64,000 bases of DNA from Candidatus Omnitrophota bacterium (GCA_040753015.1 JBFMHM010000001.1:211157-275156); one strand, 5' to 3'; positions 37,097 through 47,179 are shown, counted from the first letter of the stretch. Notes: generated by a model from the letters alone, not told the origin. Numbers and translations are program-made.

Positions 37097-37134
37097 GTAG
37101 AGACGTCTCGCCGCAATTAGGCGGACGTCTCTAC
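37097..37134 (-). terminator. Stem-loop immediately downstream of the first pilin gene (attenuator or partial terminator)
   Basis: gtagagacgtc...gacgtctctac arms (11 bp) with a nested ccgc/gcgg hairpin. The arms match those of the 28-bp palindrome family. Only a weak U-run follows. Confidence 0.45.
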
Positions 37135-37176
37135 GAATACATCAAAAACAGAAGCGTCCCCTTTTACCCTTTTTAC

Positions 37177-37617
37177 TTATTGTTGAATCATGTTGGCACA
37201 ACGACCAGCTGCAAAAACATTTTCCGGCGTAATCTGACCATTATGATTAAGTAAAATTCTACCTCCATCACAATATCCCCCATCTCTTTCAGCTACAGCA
37301 GTAAATTCAGTGGCATCTACATCCTCTATTGAAAAGTCCCAGCCATTTAAAGCATCTATCGCGGGTCGTAATGCACCATCAAGTTCATTATCCAAATCTC
37401 CGTTTGCAGCTAAATTACCCGAATAAGTATTAGTTGAAGCATGGACAATACTCTGAGCCTTCCTTATCATATCTAGAACTGCTAATGCACGAGCAACTTG
37501 CCCTCTTTCAAGCATCTTTCGATATTGCGGCAAACCTAATGTAATCAATAAACCAATAATTATAATTACAATTATAAGTTCTACCATCGTAAAACCTTTT
37601 CCCCTAAACATTCTCAT
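37177..37617 (-). CDS. Type IV pilin (candidate major pilin)
   Basis: 146 aa. RGKGFTMVELIIVIIIIGLLITLGLPQY. First gene after the long leader with a strong SD (AAAGGAGGAG). Followed by a hairpin. Confidence 0.8.
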   Translation of the reverse strand: MRMFRGKGFTMVELIIVIIIIGLLITLGLPQYRKMLERGQVARALAVLDMIRKAQSIVHASTNTYSGNLAANGDLDNELDGALRPAIDALNGWDFSIEDVDATEFTAVAERDGGYCDGGRILLNHNGQITPENVFAAGRCANMIQQ

Positions 37618-38013
37618 TTTCTCCTCCTTTGTAACCGCAAAGACGCTAAATTCGCTAAAACGCGAAATTGTTTTTTTCTGCGTTTTCGCGGTTGTATTTT
37701 GTGTTTTTTATTCTTTTTTGTTGGTATTTTTCTTTTTTTGCGTTTTGGCGGTTGCACCTCCTATCTAAAGAATAACACAAATTTATAATAAAAACAAGTT
37801 TAGAAGCGTAAAACGTAAAGCGAAAAATGTAAAATTAAAACTTAAAATTTAAAGTTTCTTGCCCCTTAAAGTCAAAATACTTGAACCTAAAATATTAGCA
37901 AGTTCGCCTGCTTCTTATAATATTCAATACAAATTTATATGCTCTTGTTTTTGAATCCATTTTAAATTTTAAACTATCACTTTGCGTTTTTAGCTTTACA
38001 CTTTACGTTTTCT
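37618..38013 (-). promoter_or_regulatory. 396-bp AT-rich non-coding leader/promoter region upstream of the pilin genes, with repeated motifs
   Basis: No ORF of 60 aa or more. Minus-strand direct repeats CAACCGC(C/G)AAAACGCA about 60 nt apart and an inverted copy GCGTCTTTGCGGTTAC next to the SD. Also AAAACG(T/C)AAAGTG repeats. I found no convincing -35/-10 pair. Confidence 0.4.
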
Positions 38014-39267
38014 TTACCTGCCGCCGCCGATATTCACCATACTAAATATAGGCAGATACATTGAAACAACCAACACGCCAACAATTCCGCCCATAAACAC
38101 AATCATCAGCGGCTCAAACATTGCCGTAAAACGAGTAAGCTGTGTTTCTACTGCCTCACGGTAATATGCAGCAACTTTTTTAAGCATTGCTCCTAGTTCA
38201 CCGATCTCTTCTCCTACGCGTACCATTTGAACCAACATCGGCGCGAAAAAATTACTTTTTTCTAAAGGCCCTGCTAGAGACTTACCATCACGCACATCAG
38301 CCTTAACTTGCCTAATAATATCCTGCATAATTACATTGCCGCTTGAACGCTCAACAATATCCAAGGCATAAAGTATAGGTACACCGCTTTCAACTAATGT
38401 AGAAATTTCGGATGTAAAACGTTCAACTGCCACAGTTTTAAAAAAATCTCTAAGCATAGGAAGATTAAATAACAAAGTATCAAATTGACGCTTGCCTGAA
38501 TCAGTTTTTACATAGGCCTTAAATGCATAAACACCACCGGCAATAAGTAGAAAAATTAAAAAGAAGTAATGGCGCATAAAATTGCTAAAACCAATAACAA
38601 ATTGTGTCAAGGCCGGCATTTGGCCGCCGAGATTTTGGAAAATATCGGCAAAAGTAGGAATAATTTTAAATGTAAAGAAAAATATCGCAATGATACAAAC
38701 ACCGAAAAGTATTGCCGGATAAATTAATGCTGAAATCATTTTTCTTCTAAACGCTGCTTGTTCTTCTAGATATGCGGCAAGCCTGTCCAAAATAAGAGGC
38801 AAATTACCGCTTGCCTCTCCTGTCTCAACTAGATTCGCCCACATACTTGAAAAAATTTTGGGATGCCGTGCTAGCGCCTCATGAAAAGATACCCCGCCTT
38901 TAACATCTTCGACTATCTTTAGAGTCGCGTCTAATAAAATCTTGCTTTCAACTTGTTTTACAATAATTTCCAAGCTCTTTAATAAACTAATCCCTGCGCC
39001 AAGCATAGTCGCAAGCTGCCTTGAAAACATAACTAAATCATTTAGTCTTACACCACGGTGCATTTTTGTATGGACAATTGGAATATTTAATGATGCAGGT
39101 GATACAGCAGATTTCTCGTTTATAATCTCTGGAATTTCTGTTATATTTGTTACAATAAGCCCGCGATTCTGCAGGCGCGATAATAATTCATCAGAGCTAG
39201 CTGCGTCTTCAAGACCTTTTACCTTTTTGCCCGAAATATCCCTTGCCTCAAAATTAAATTTTGCCAC
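38014..39267 (-). CDS. pilC: Type IV pilus inner-membrane platform protein
   Basis: 417 aa. GspF/PilC family with two repeated T2SS_F domains and three TM regions. Confidence 0.85.
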   Translation of the reverse strand: MAKFNFEARDISGKKVKGLEDAASSDELLSRLQNRGLIVTNITEIPEIINEKSAVSPASLNIPIVHTKMHRGVRLNDLVMFSRQLATMLGAGISLLKSLEIIVKQVESKILLDATLKIVEDVKGGVSFHEALARHPKIFSSMWANLVETGEASGNLPLILDRLAAYLEEQAAFRRKMISALIYPAILFGVCIIAIFFFTFKIIPTFADIFQNLGGQMPALTQFVIGFSNFMRHYFFLIFLLIAGGVYAFKAYVKTDSGKRQFDTLLFNLPMLRDFFKTVAVERFTSEISTLVESGVPILYALDIVERSSGNVIMQDIIRQVKADVRDGKSLAGPLEKSNFFAPMLVQMVRVGEEIGELGAMLKKVAAYYREAVETQLTRFTAMFEPLMIVFMGGIVGVLVVSMYLPIFSMVNIGGGR

Positions 39268-40980
39268 TTATTCTCCTCCGATTGTTACTGCTAAAACTTC
39301 TTCCAGCGAAGAAATACCTTGCTCTACTTTTTCTAAACCGCTTTCATAGAGCGTCTGCATTCCGCATTCTTTTGCAACATCCCTAATCTTCATAAACGAA
39401 GCGCGCTGGCTAATTAGATCACGGATACGATCGTTAACCACTAAAACTTCTGCTACAACTGAACGCCCTTTATAGCCTAACTGATTGCATTCTGCGCAGC
39501 CTTTTGCGCGGTAAATTAAAGATGTTTTTAATTTTATGCCGCCTAACTGTTCTTTTGTAGGTTCATATGCCTCTTTGCACTTCGAACAAAGCTTACGAAT
39601 CAGGCGCTGAGCAACAATACAAATCAATGATGGCGTGATTAAATATGGCTCTATACCAATATCCATAAGCCTATTAATTGCTGAAGGCGCATCGTTAGTA
39701 TGGAGTGTACTTAAAACAAGGTGGCCTGTTAATGCTGAACGAATACAAATTTCTGCGGTCTCTAAATCCCTAATTTCACCAACCAGCATAATATCAGGAT
39801 CTTGCCTTAAAAAAGCACGAAGTGCGCTTGCAAAAGTAAGCCCGATCTCCGGCTTTACTTGCAATTGATTTATCCCGTCGAGCTTATATTCAACAGGGTC
39901 TTCAACAGTAACAATATTAGTCTGCGGGTCTTTTAATTCGTTTAATGCCGCATATAAAGTAGTGGTTTTTCCTGAACCGGTAGGCCCGGTTAATAACACA
40001 ACTCCGTAAGGCGTATCAATTGATTTTCGAAAATCTTCAAGTTGTTTTTGATTAAACCCAAGTTTGCCTAAATCAAGCACTGCCTGTGCCCGGTCTAAAA
40101 TTCTCATTACAACTTTTTCGCCGTAAATTAAAGGAATAAACGAAATTCTTAGATCTATCGCACGGTCTTCAAGGCGCACAGTGAATGCACCGTCTTGAGG
40201 AAGCCGTTTTTCAGCAATATCAAGATGAGATAAAATCTTAATACGCGAAATTATGGGAAGATGCAAATGTTTTGCCGGAGGTGGAATTTCTACTAATTTT
40301 CCATCAATTCTATAGCGTAAACTAATTCTGTCCCTTAAAGGCTCGATATGTATATCCGATGCCCGCTCATCAATTGCCTGCCTAATAATTAAATCAACAA
40401 GTTTTACAACCGGCGCTTCTTCTGCGCGGGCAACCAGCTTATCTAAGCTAAGCGTCTCCTCTAGGCCCTCGACAACAATCCCCTCTTCACCTGTTCCATA
40501 AGACTCTTTAACAGCTTCTTTTAGAAGTTCTGATTTTCCGTAAAACTCTTCGATTGCCCGAATTATATCTGAACGCGCAGCAACCACAGGACTTATTTCA
40601 CAGCTAGTCATCTTTTTAAGATTATCAATTAATACTAAATCAAGCGGATCAAAAAATGCACAAGTAAGCGAATTCATATGGCGCGAAAGCGGTAAAACTA
40701 AATTTTTTAAAGTAAAATTTTTTGGGATTAATTTTTCTAGGCCCTGGTCAGCTGCCGGACGCAATAAACCCGTGCCAAGCGATGCATAGGGAAGATTTAA
40801 TTGTTTAGCGAGCGACACAACTACATCTTGTTCGGTAAGAAGCCCCATTCGGACAAGAATTTCGCCCAGCCTGCCGCCTTCTTTTTGTTGAAGTAAAATT
40901 GCTTTATCTAATTGGTCTTGAGAAACCAGGCCTTCTTTGAGGAAAATCTGGCCAATTTTTTGGTAAGTAGTTTGTGGCAT
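39268..40980 (-). CDS. pilB: Type IV pilus assembly ATPase
   Basis: 570 aa. GspE N-terminal domain, Walker A GPTGSGKTTT, Asp box, His box, tetracysteine CSKC...CAEC. Confidence 0.9.
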   Translation of the reverse strand: MPQTTYQKIGQIFLKEGLVSQDQLDKAILLQQKEGGRLGEILVRMGLLTEQDVVVSLAKQLNLPYASLGTGLLRPAADQGLEKLIPKNFTLKNLVLPLSRHMNSLTCAFFDPLDLVLIDNLKKMTSCEISPVVAARSDIIRAIEEFYGKSELLKEAVKESYGTGEEGIVVEGLEETLSLDKLVARAEEAPVVKLVDLIIRQAIDERASDIHIEPLRDRISLRYRIDGKLVEIPPPAKHLHLPIISRIKILSHLDIAEKRLPQDGAFTVRLEDRAIDLRISFIPLIYGEKVVMRILDRAQAVLDLGKLGFNQKQLEDFRKSIDTPYGVVLLTGPTGSGKTTTLYAALNELKDPQTNIVTVEDPVEYKLDGINQLQVKPEIGLTFASALRAFLRQDPDIMLVGEIRDLETAEICIRSALTGHLVLSTLHTNDAPSAINRLMDIGIEPYLITPSLICIVAQRLIRKLCSKCKEAYEPTKEQLGGIKLKTSLIYRAKGCAECNQLGYKGRSVVAEVLVVNDRIRDLISQRASFMKIRDVAKECGMQTLYESGLEKVEQGISSLEEVLAVTIGGE

Positions 40981-41016
40981 TAAATCTTTTTAAATTGTAG
41001 GGACTACAAAAATAAT

Positions 41017-42645
41017 TTATTCAAAATTCTTTAATGTCTCGTTTATTGCTTTCTGGCGCGTTGTCAAAGGCGCTTGTTCGCGCACCGGTATTGTAATCGG
41101 CATTTGGGGTTGAGGAAAATCAGAACCCGCTGCCTTGCTAGATGCAAGCTGCATCATTGACTCATCTTTTACAATATGCGGCGTAATAAAAACAAGTAAT
41201 TCACGCTGATCATTAACACCCGGGCCTGTCTGTGTACCATAGTTTGTATTTCCTGTATATTTCTGGCTAAATAAAAACTGTCCTAAAATAGGAATTTTTG
41301 AAAGCCAGGGAATGCCTTGCACTCTTTCAGCTTTCCTATCGCGTAATAAACCGCCGATTACAATTGTCTCGCCATCTTTTACCCTAAGTGTAGATTTTGT
41401 CGTACGCTCTGAAGGATCTCTAAAAGTAAAATTACCTGCTCCACCAGCATTTATTTGAGTGCCTGCGGCTGCATCTCTTACTATGGGTTCGACATACATT
41501 GTAACATCGCCAGTCTCGATATTAATTTGGGGCGCTACTCTTAACATAACGCCGGTTTGAACACGCTCGGGCGCGGTTATTTGAGTTACAGCGCCTGCAC
41601 CAGATTGTTGCGTTAAGCTACCCGTTGTAACTCCGACAGACTCATCAGTTGTAATTTTAATTTCCGCTACCTCATTATTCATACAAAGAATCCTTGGCCG
41701 AGCAAGATATTTTGTATCAGTTTTTGTTTCAATAAAATCTAAAACTGCTGTTAAAGCTGTTGCTGAAAGTGTTCCCATCGTAAATGTCTTAAATAAGTTA
41801 CCTGCAACCGCGCCGGCAACAACACCTGTGCGAGATTCCATAGAATGATGGTCAAAAGGAAACCTTGTTGACATAGGGCCCGCCCCTGCCAAATTCATCC
41901 AAATACCTGACCAGTTTACGCCAATAGCATCTGATGTTGCCTTACTAACATCAAGCATTTCAACTTCAATTAAAACCTGTGGTGTTGGCACATCCAGCTG
42001 AGCAAGTACTGACTCAATACGAGAAAAATTCATTGGTACATCGGTAATAATTAAACTATTTGTACGCCTATCTTCAATAACCTTGCCATTTTCAGTTAGA
42101 ATCCTTTTGATTACCTTAGTTATACCAAATTCTTCTTTTTCTTGTTCATTGGTTGAAGAAGACGAAGAAGACGAAGTAGCTGAAGAAGTTGCGCCTTCAT
42201 CAAATTGATCAGCCTTTAATCTTTCATCCACATCAGAAGTAATCCATGAATTTTCAACTCGTGCAAATTTCAATTTATAGACTCTGGTAATTGTTTCTAG
42301 AGTTGGCCCGCCCATATCTTTCACAATATAAATATTCGAATCTGACACAAATTCATAGCTTAAATTATTTGCCTTAAATATTTGATTTATCGCATCTTCA
42401 ATAGCGACATTATTCAAATAGAGAGTAAGAATTCTATCCTGTAAAGCACTTGAGGCGATAAAATTTGCTCCGGACTGTACAGAAAAAACCTTTAAGACGT
42501 CTTTAATATTCGCGTCTTTAAAATCCATAGTTATCTTTGCTGTTGGGTCAAAGAAAAACTCCTGGGATTGCAAAATCCCCGGCCTCAAACTAAAAAATAT
42601 GGCACAGAATAAAACTATCATAAATAATATTTTTTTGTTTTTCAT
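41017..42645 (-). CDS. pilQ: Type IV pilus secretin
   Basis: 542 aa. Signal peptide, Ser/Thr-rich linker, C-terminal secretin domain (GETIVIGGLLRDRK...GIPWLSKIPILGQFLF). Confidence 0.85.
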   Translation of the reverse strand: MKNKKILFMIVLFCAIFFSLRPGILQSQEFFFDPTAKITMDFKDANIKDVLKVFSVQSGANFIASSALQDRILTLYLNNVAIEDAINQIFKANNLSYEFVSDSNIYIVKDMGGPTLETITRVYKLKFARVENSWITSDVDERLKADQFDEGATSSATSSSSSSSTNEQEKEEFGITKVIKRILTENGKVIEDRRTNSLIITDVPMNFSRIESVLAQLDVPTPQVLIEVEMLDVSKATSDAIGVNWSGIWMNLAGAGPMSTRFPFDHHSMESRTGVVAGAVAGNLFKTFTMGTLSATALTAVLDFIETKTDTKYLARPRILCMNNEVAEIKITTDESVGVTTGSLTQQSGAGAVTQITAPERVQTGVMLRVAPQINIETGDVTMYVEPIVRDAAAGTQINAGGAGNFTFRDPSERTTKSTLRVKDGETIVIGGLLRDRKAERVQGIPWLSKIPILGQFLFSQKYTGNTNYGTQTGPGVNDQRELLVFITPHIVKDESMMQLASSKAAGSDFPQPQMPITIPVREQAPLTTRQKAINETLKNFE

Positions 42646-43085
42646 TTTCGACCCCCTTTAATTTGCTCCCTAATTAAACTACTGGGAGCAGGAATAATAA
42701 ATATATTTCCTTTATGAATAATGCCAACGCCGTCTTTATTAATTTCTATTACCTTTGCTGCACCAACTACATCTCCAACTTTAACTACTTGATTATTAAT
42801 TATAGCTGCTGGTTTTGTAGGATGTAAAATAATACCCTGGACTTTAAACTCTGATAATTGAATTTCGCCGTTAACCACTTCTCCTTCTGTAGCAAGCTTT
42901 GCTTCTTGAGAAAACCAAGGCTCAAAAGGATCTCTAAGCGAACCGGCAGTATATTGTATTTCTTCTATTGGCTCAGATGGCTCAGAATCGCCTTCTAGCT
43001 GCCCAAATGAAAAAAAAGTAAAACCAAGAATTATTGTAACAAGCATTATACCATAAATCTTAAATTTTACTATTTTTCTTATCAT
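42642..43085 (-). CDS. pilP: Pilus assembly protein PilP-like
   Basis: 147 aa. N-terminal TM/lipobox region and the RDPF motif characteristic of PilP. Position between pilO and pilQ. Confidence 0.65.
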   Translation of the reverse strand: MIRKIVKFKIYGIMLVTIILGFTFFSFGQLEGDSEPSEPIEEIQYTAGSLRDPFEPWFSQEAKLATEGEVVNGEIQLSEFKVQGIILHPTKPAAIINNQVVKVGDVVGAAKVIEINKDGVGIIHKGNIFIIPAPSSLIREQIKGGRK

Positions 43086-43086
43086 A

Positions 43087-43623
43087 TTATTCTAAATATA
43101 TACTCTCCAAAACTAAAGAACATGATAAAGACTGCAACTTACTTTCTTTTTTTTCAAGGCCAAATTCACCAACACCTCTACTAGATGTCAAATTAAAATC
43201 TTTTATTCTAAAAAATTGCTCCTTGGCTTCCAGTAAACTAATAAATCTACCTATATTATGATAGGTTCCGTTAATATTTAAATTAATCGGCAAAATTTTA
43301 TATACACCATCTTTGAATTCTTCTCTTTGCGGCTGAATAGAAATAATTTCAATCCCTGTCGAACTTGCAAAATTATTAATCTTCGTAATCATAGACGCCA
43401 CATCTTCTTTTTTTAATACTTTTGCATAAGAATCTATTTTTTGATTTAAAGACTGAATACTTGTTAACACCTCTATCTTCGTTTCTTCTTCTGAAATCAT
43501 ATTTTTTAAAGAATTCACCTTTTCAACCTGTATCTGCCAGACTTTATAGGCAAAAAATAAACTTACAACAATTACAACAAGCAATATTAATTTACTTTTA
43601 TCAATATTTATGTTAGTTTTCAT
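43087..43623 (-). CDS. pilO: Pilus assembly protein PilO-like
   Basis: 178 aa. Single N-terminal TM, coiled coil, then a ferredoxin-like periplasmic domain. Position after pilMN. Confidence 0.6.
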   Translation of the reverse strand: MKTNINIDKSKLILLVVIVVSLFFAYKVWQIQVEKVNSLKNMISEEETKIEVLTSIQSLNQKIDSYAKVLKKEDVASMITKINNFASSTGIEIISIQPQREEFKDGVYKILPINLNINGTYHNIGRFISLLEAKEQFFRIKDFNLTSSRGVGEFGLEKKESKLQSLSCSLVLESIYLE

Positions 43624-43624
43624 T

Positions 43625-45118
43625 TTATTTACACTCTATATTAAAATTACGAATATTAATTTTCCCGATCGAAGACCGTTCTGTTGAAAAATCCACATTG
43701 TTTAAGTTTAACAATAACTTTTTATCTTTTTTTATACTAGCAATAAACTCATTGATAAGATTAATTTCTTGCGTATCATCGCCTAAATACACTGAACCCT
43801 TAATAGATACATTATCTTTATTTATCGACAGATTAGTTAACCACATACCTTGCGGCAGAATTCTTACTATCTTGTCTAACCGCGGTGTCAGATAAAGGCG
43901 TGTTTTATACAAATCATTTAACTTTAAAATAGTATTTTTATATTTAGCTTCTACGCTCTTTAGCTCATCTAAACTCATTGCATTTAATCTCGCGCTCAAC
44001 TTGGGCTGTTTGCTTACTGCCATACTAAGAGTATCCTTTAAATGTTTTTGCTCGGGAATTTTCACAAGATAAGCCAAAAGAATAATTAGCGCACCAATAA
44101 ACAAGTAAGAAACTATTTGTGAATTAGATACTGGCTTTACTACGAAAGGCCTTCTTTCAGTGCTTATTACTGGTACCTTACCACTAAGAAGGTTAATTTT
44201 AAAATAAGATAAGGGGATTTGATCTTTTTGCGACAACCCAAAAGCTATAGCAAGGCCAAGATCAGATATATAAATCGAACCGGCAACATCTTGAATTTTT
44301 ATGGCCTTGATATGAACGTCCAACTCTTTATCTAATTCAACTATACCAGACGGTAAGTCTTTATCAGATAAAATAATCAAATTATCAACATGCTTACCAG
44401 ATGACTGCCTGCGGTAATAATCTAATGTAAGCCGGATCTCATTAGCTAATTTTAATAATAATACTGAATCGCCATCTACATCTTGTTCCTTCGTATCAAG
44501 CGAAACCTTTAATTCGTGAGCAAAACATGCCCATCCACGATCAATGATTACCAAACCTCTTTCCTGATTCAATTCTACGATAGCAGTCGCTGTCTTTAAA
44601 TCAATTGTTTTCTGCATACTTAAAAGTCTTGTAATACCTAAAATCGCCGGTTCAACAGCACTGACTTTTAAGCCCACTTCCTTAATAATAGCTAAATATT
44701 TATCAATATGCTCCTTTTTTGTGGCACAAAATAGCACTTCTGCACGTTTCTTAGCTTTATTCACCCTGGCCTGAAAATCAAATACAAGTTCTTCAATCTT
44801 AAAGGGCAGATATCTTTTAACCTCGAACAATAAAGCATTTATGAATTCTTTTTTGGGCATTATTGGCAATTCAAAAAATCTAACAATTATATCTTTTAAA
44901 GAAATACCAATTACCGCCTCTTTTGCCTCAATTTTATTATCACGGAGTGTTTTTTGAAGAAGAGCAACCACTCTTATTTGTTCATTAACATCGCTAGATT
45001 CTAAATTAACATTCTCCTGAGATGGTGAAATTACGACAGTTTTTAATACTCTGCGCCCTAGAGACTCGACGATATTAATTTTATCTATACCAAAATATAT
45101 GCCGACTATTCTTCTCAC
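43625..45118 (-). CDS. pilM: PilM-PilN fusion protein
   Basis: 497 aa. N-terminal actin-like PilM region (VGIYFGIDKINIVE). A TM segment near residue 330 is followed by a PilN-like C-terminus. Confidence 0.7.
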   Translation of the reverse strand: MRRIVGIYFGIDKINIVESLGRRVLKTVVISPSQENVNLESSDVNEQIRVVALLQKTLRDNKIEAKEAVIGISLKDIIVRFFELPIMPKKEFINALLFEVKRYLPFKIEELVFDFQARVNKAKKRAEVLFCATKKEHIDKYLAIIKEVGLKVSAVEPAILGITRLLSMQKTIDLKTATAIVELNQERGLVIIDRGWACFAHELKVSLDTKEQDVDGDSVLLLKLANEIRLTLDYYRRQSSGKHVDNLIILSDKDLPSGIVELDKELDVHIKAIKIQDVAGSIYISDLGLAIAFGLSQKDQIPLSYFKINLLSGKVPVISTERRPFVVKPVSNSQIVSYLFIGALIILLAYLVKIPEQKHLKDTLSMAVSKQPKLSARLNAMSLDELKSVEAKYKNTILKLNDLYKTRLYLTPRLDKIVRILPQGMWLTNLSINKDNVSIKGSVYLGDDTQEINLINEFIASIKKDKKLLLNLNNVDFSTERSSIGKINIRNFNIECK

Positions 45119-45122
45119 TCCG

Positions 45123-45323
45123 CTACATCTCCTCTTTTATTTCTTTAGGTATGGCTTTCCTACGTTGGCTTCTTAACCATATGTCTACTTCTTTTTTATC
45201 AAACCGCCAAACACCACCTACCTTTATACCAGAAATCTTTCCTTCATGCAACCAATTATAAATAGTCTGCTTACGCAGCCTTAAATAATCCGCCAATTCA
45301 TCTATATTTAATAATTTTATCAT
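45123..45323 (-). CDS. Excisionase-family helix-turn-helix DNA-binding protein (HTH_17-like)
   Basis: 66 aa. LNIDELADYLRLRKQTIYNWLHEGKISGIKVGGVWRF. First gene of the pilus operon. Confidence 0.7.
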   Translation of the reverse strand: MIKLLNIDELADYLRLRKQTIYNWLHEGKISGIKVGGVWRFDKKEVDIWLRSQRRKAIPKEIKEEM

Positions 45324-45347
45324 TTTACTTTCCCTTTTGCAGATTTA

Positions 45348-45376
45348 ATTAAATCATAATAAACTTACTTTGTCAA
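45348..45376 (-). promoter_or_regulatory. Candidate sigma-70 promoter for the HTH-pilMNOPQ-pilBC operon: TTGACA-17-TTTAAT
   Basis: Minus strand reads TTGACAaagtaagtttattatgaTTTAAT about 25 nt upstream of the HTH gene ATG. Confidence 0.4.
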
Positions 45377-45441
45377 GAAAAATCTATATCTAATAGGTAT
45401 TTTTTGGTCCTCTAATATAGCTCAGAATCAAGGAATGCCTA

Positions 45442-47178
45442 TCAGCTAGAAATAGGTATTTCTTGGCAGACTTTATTGCGGCCTTCATTTTTAGCCTGAT
45501 AGAGCGCATCATCAGCACGTTTAATCAAAGATTCAACTGTGTCGCTATCCCTAAATACAGAAACTCCTAAACTTATGGTAATTTGGTAGGTATCTTGGCC
45601 GCTTTTGAATTTATGTTCTTCGATATTTTTTCGAATTCTTTGAGCAATTTGATAAGCCATCCCGAGATCCGTATCCTTCAACATCACAATCATCTCTTCT
45701 CCGCCAAAACGGCCAATAACGTCTTGGGGGCGACAGCTTTCCTTAAAGATATCGGCAACGCTCTTAAGAATAAAATCTCCTATTTGATGGCCATATGTAT
45801 CATTTATTGATTTAAAATGATCTATATCAGCCATAATCACAGCTAATTTTTTTCTTTTATGTAAATGCATCGAAGAAAATTCAGTCTGAAGTAAGAATGT
45901 AAAATAAGTCTTATTAAAAAGGGCTGTTAGGCCATCAATCGTTGAGACTTTAAAAAGCTTCATCCTCTCCCTTGCTAATATTATTTCATTATAAAGTGTA
46001 ACAATAACATAACCGGCAAATACTGTAAATGCAGGATATACAAAGTTGAGCCAGATATTTTTTTGTTCAAAAAGAATAAATGCTAAATACCACCAGCCAA
46101 TAATAAACAGAAGTATAATAAGAACCCCTCTTAAAATTTGAACCCTCGAAATCAAAAATGACACAGCCATGGCAAATATAAATATTATAATTACATTAAG
46201 CTTATCGCTTGTTTTTTTGACAAAATCTTTATTTAAAATGTTATTAATTATAACCGCGTGTACCCCTAAACCGGGATACAAAGGCTCAATAGGTACATTT
46301 TTTATATCCCCAAGGCCAGTAGCAGTTACACCGATTAAACAAATTTTATTTTTAAATTTATTTAGGTCGATAAATGGTGTTTCTCCATTATTTATTGCGG
46401 CATAGGAATTTAATATATCGATAAACGAATAGTGGTTAAAAGTTTCTGTCCAAAGGCCCGGCCAATTAATAATCATCTTTCCTTGATGATCAACAGGAAT
46501 CAAAATAGGTTCATCTTTAAGAGGAACCTCTATAAAACCATCTTTAATGCTTACATTATTTAAATCTGTTCCTAAATATCGCATTGCAATTTTAAAAGCG
46601 AAATTATAATCTATGCCGGATTTTTGTAAAATAAATAGATCGGCATATCTTATAAATCCGTGAGCATCAGGATCAATATTAATAAAACCGTCAAACTTAC
46701 CAGCATCAGCAAATATTTCTAAAGGAAAAATCCCACTGGATATATCAAACGCCCCATCTATCTTATTGTAAGAAAAAGCAAGGTAGACATTATCTGCATT
46801 CTTAATTGCCTGCTCTAGTAAACTATCATTTATTTTATCGCTTGGTTCACTAAAAATAATATCGAACCCAATTATTTTCGCGCCATATTTACGCAATATC
46901 TCTATCATTGCGGCATGATAACGTCTTGGCCATGGCCAATGGCCAAGTGCCTGTATGCTATCATCGGAAATTTCAATCAAAGCAATATCATTGTTAGTTT
47001 TATGAGGGGTTCTTAATTTGAAACGGAAATCTAATGTTAACAATTCGAGCCTTTCGAAAGAATTATTTAGGTAGAAAATTAAAACAAAAATACCAATAAA
47101 AATCCCCAAGAAAAACCTAATAAAGAAATTTTTACAACTTAGGGCTTCTTGGGGTTTTCGTTTATCAGAAAACCACAT
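45442..47178 (-). CDS. CHASE2 sensor domain-containing diguanylate cyclase (GGDEF)
   Basis: 578 aa. N-terminal TM, periplasmic CHASE2-like region, multi-TM block, C-terminal GGDEF domain with RFGGEEM. Confidence 0.8.
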   Translation of the reverse strand: MWFSDKRKPQEALSCKNFFIRFFLGIFIGIFVLIFYLNNSFERLELLTLDFRFKLRTPHKTNNDIALIEISDDSIQALGHWPWPRRYHAAMIEILRKYGAKIIGFDIIFSEPSDKINDSLLEQAIKNADNVYLAFSYNKIDGAFDISSGIFPLEIFADAGKFDGFINIDPDAHGFIRYADLFILQKSGIDYNFAFKIAMRYLGTDLNNVSIKDGFIEVPLKDEPILIPVDHQGKMIINWPGLWTETFNHYSFIDILNSYAAINNGETPFIDLNKFKNKICLIGVTATGLGDIKNVPIEPLYPGLGVHAVIINNILNKDFVKKTSDKLNVIIIFIFAMAVSFLISRVQILRGVLIILLFIIGWWYLAFILFEQKNIWLNFVYPAFTVFAGYVIVTLYNEIILARERMKLFKVSTIDGLTALFNKTYFTFLLQTEFSSMHLHKRKKLAVIMADIDHFKSINDTYGHQIGDFILKSVADIFKESCRPQDVIGRFGGEEMIVMLKDTDLGMAYQIAQRIRKNIEEHKFKSGQDTYQITISLGVSVFRDSDTVESLIKRADDALYQAKNEGRNKVCQEIPISS

Positions 47179-47179
47179 T

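Noticed and set aside
37618-37700. Sigma-54 promoter upstream of the major pilin
   Set aside because: Sigma-54 promoters are common for type IV pilin genes. No GG-N10-GC (TGGCAC-N5-TTGCW) match is present on the minus strand within 150 nt of the pilin start.
45123-45323. An integrated prophage or integrative element flagged by the excisionase-family HTH
   Set aside because: There is no integrase, no phage structural or replication genes, and no att-like direct repeats nearby. Flanking genes are the pil operon and a GGDEF sensor. I treated it as a stand-alone regulator.
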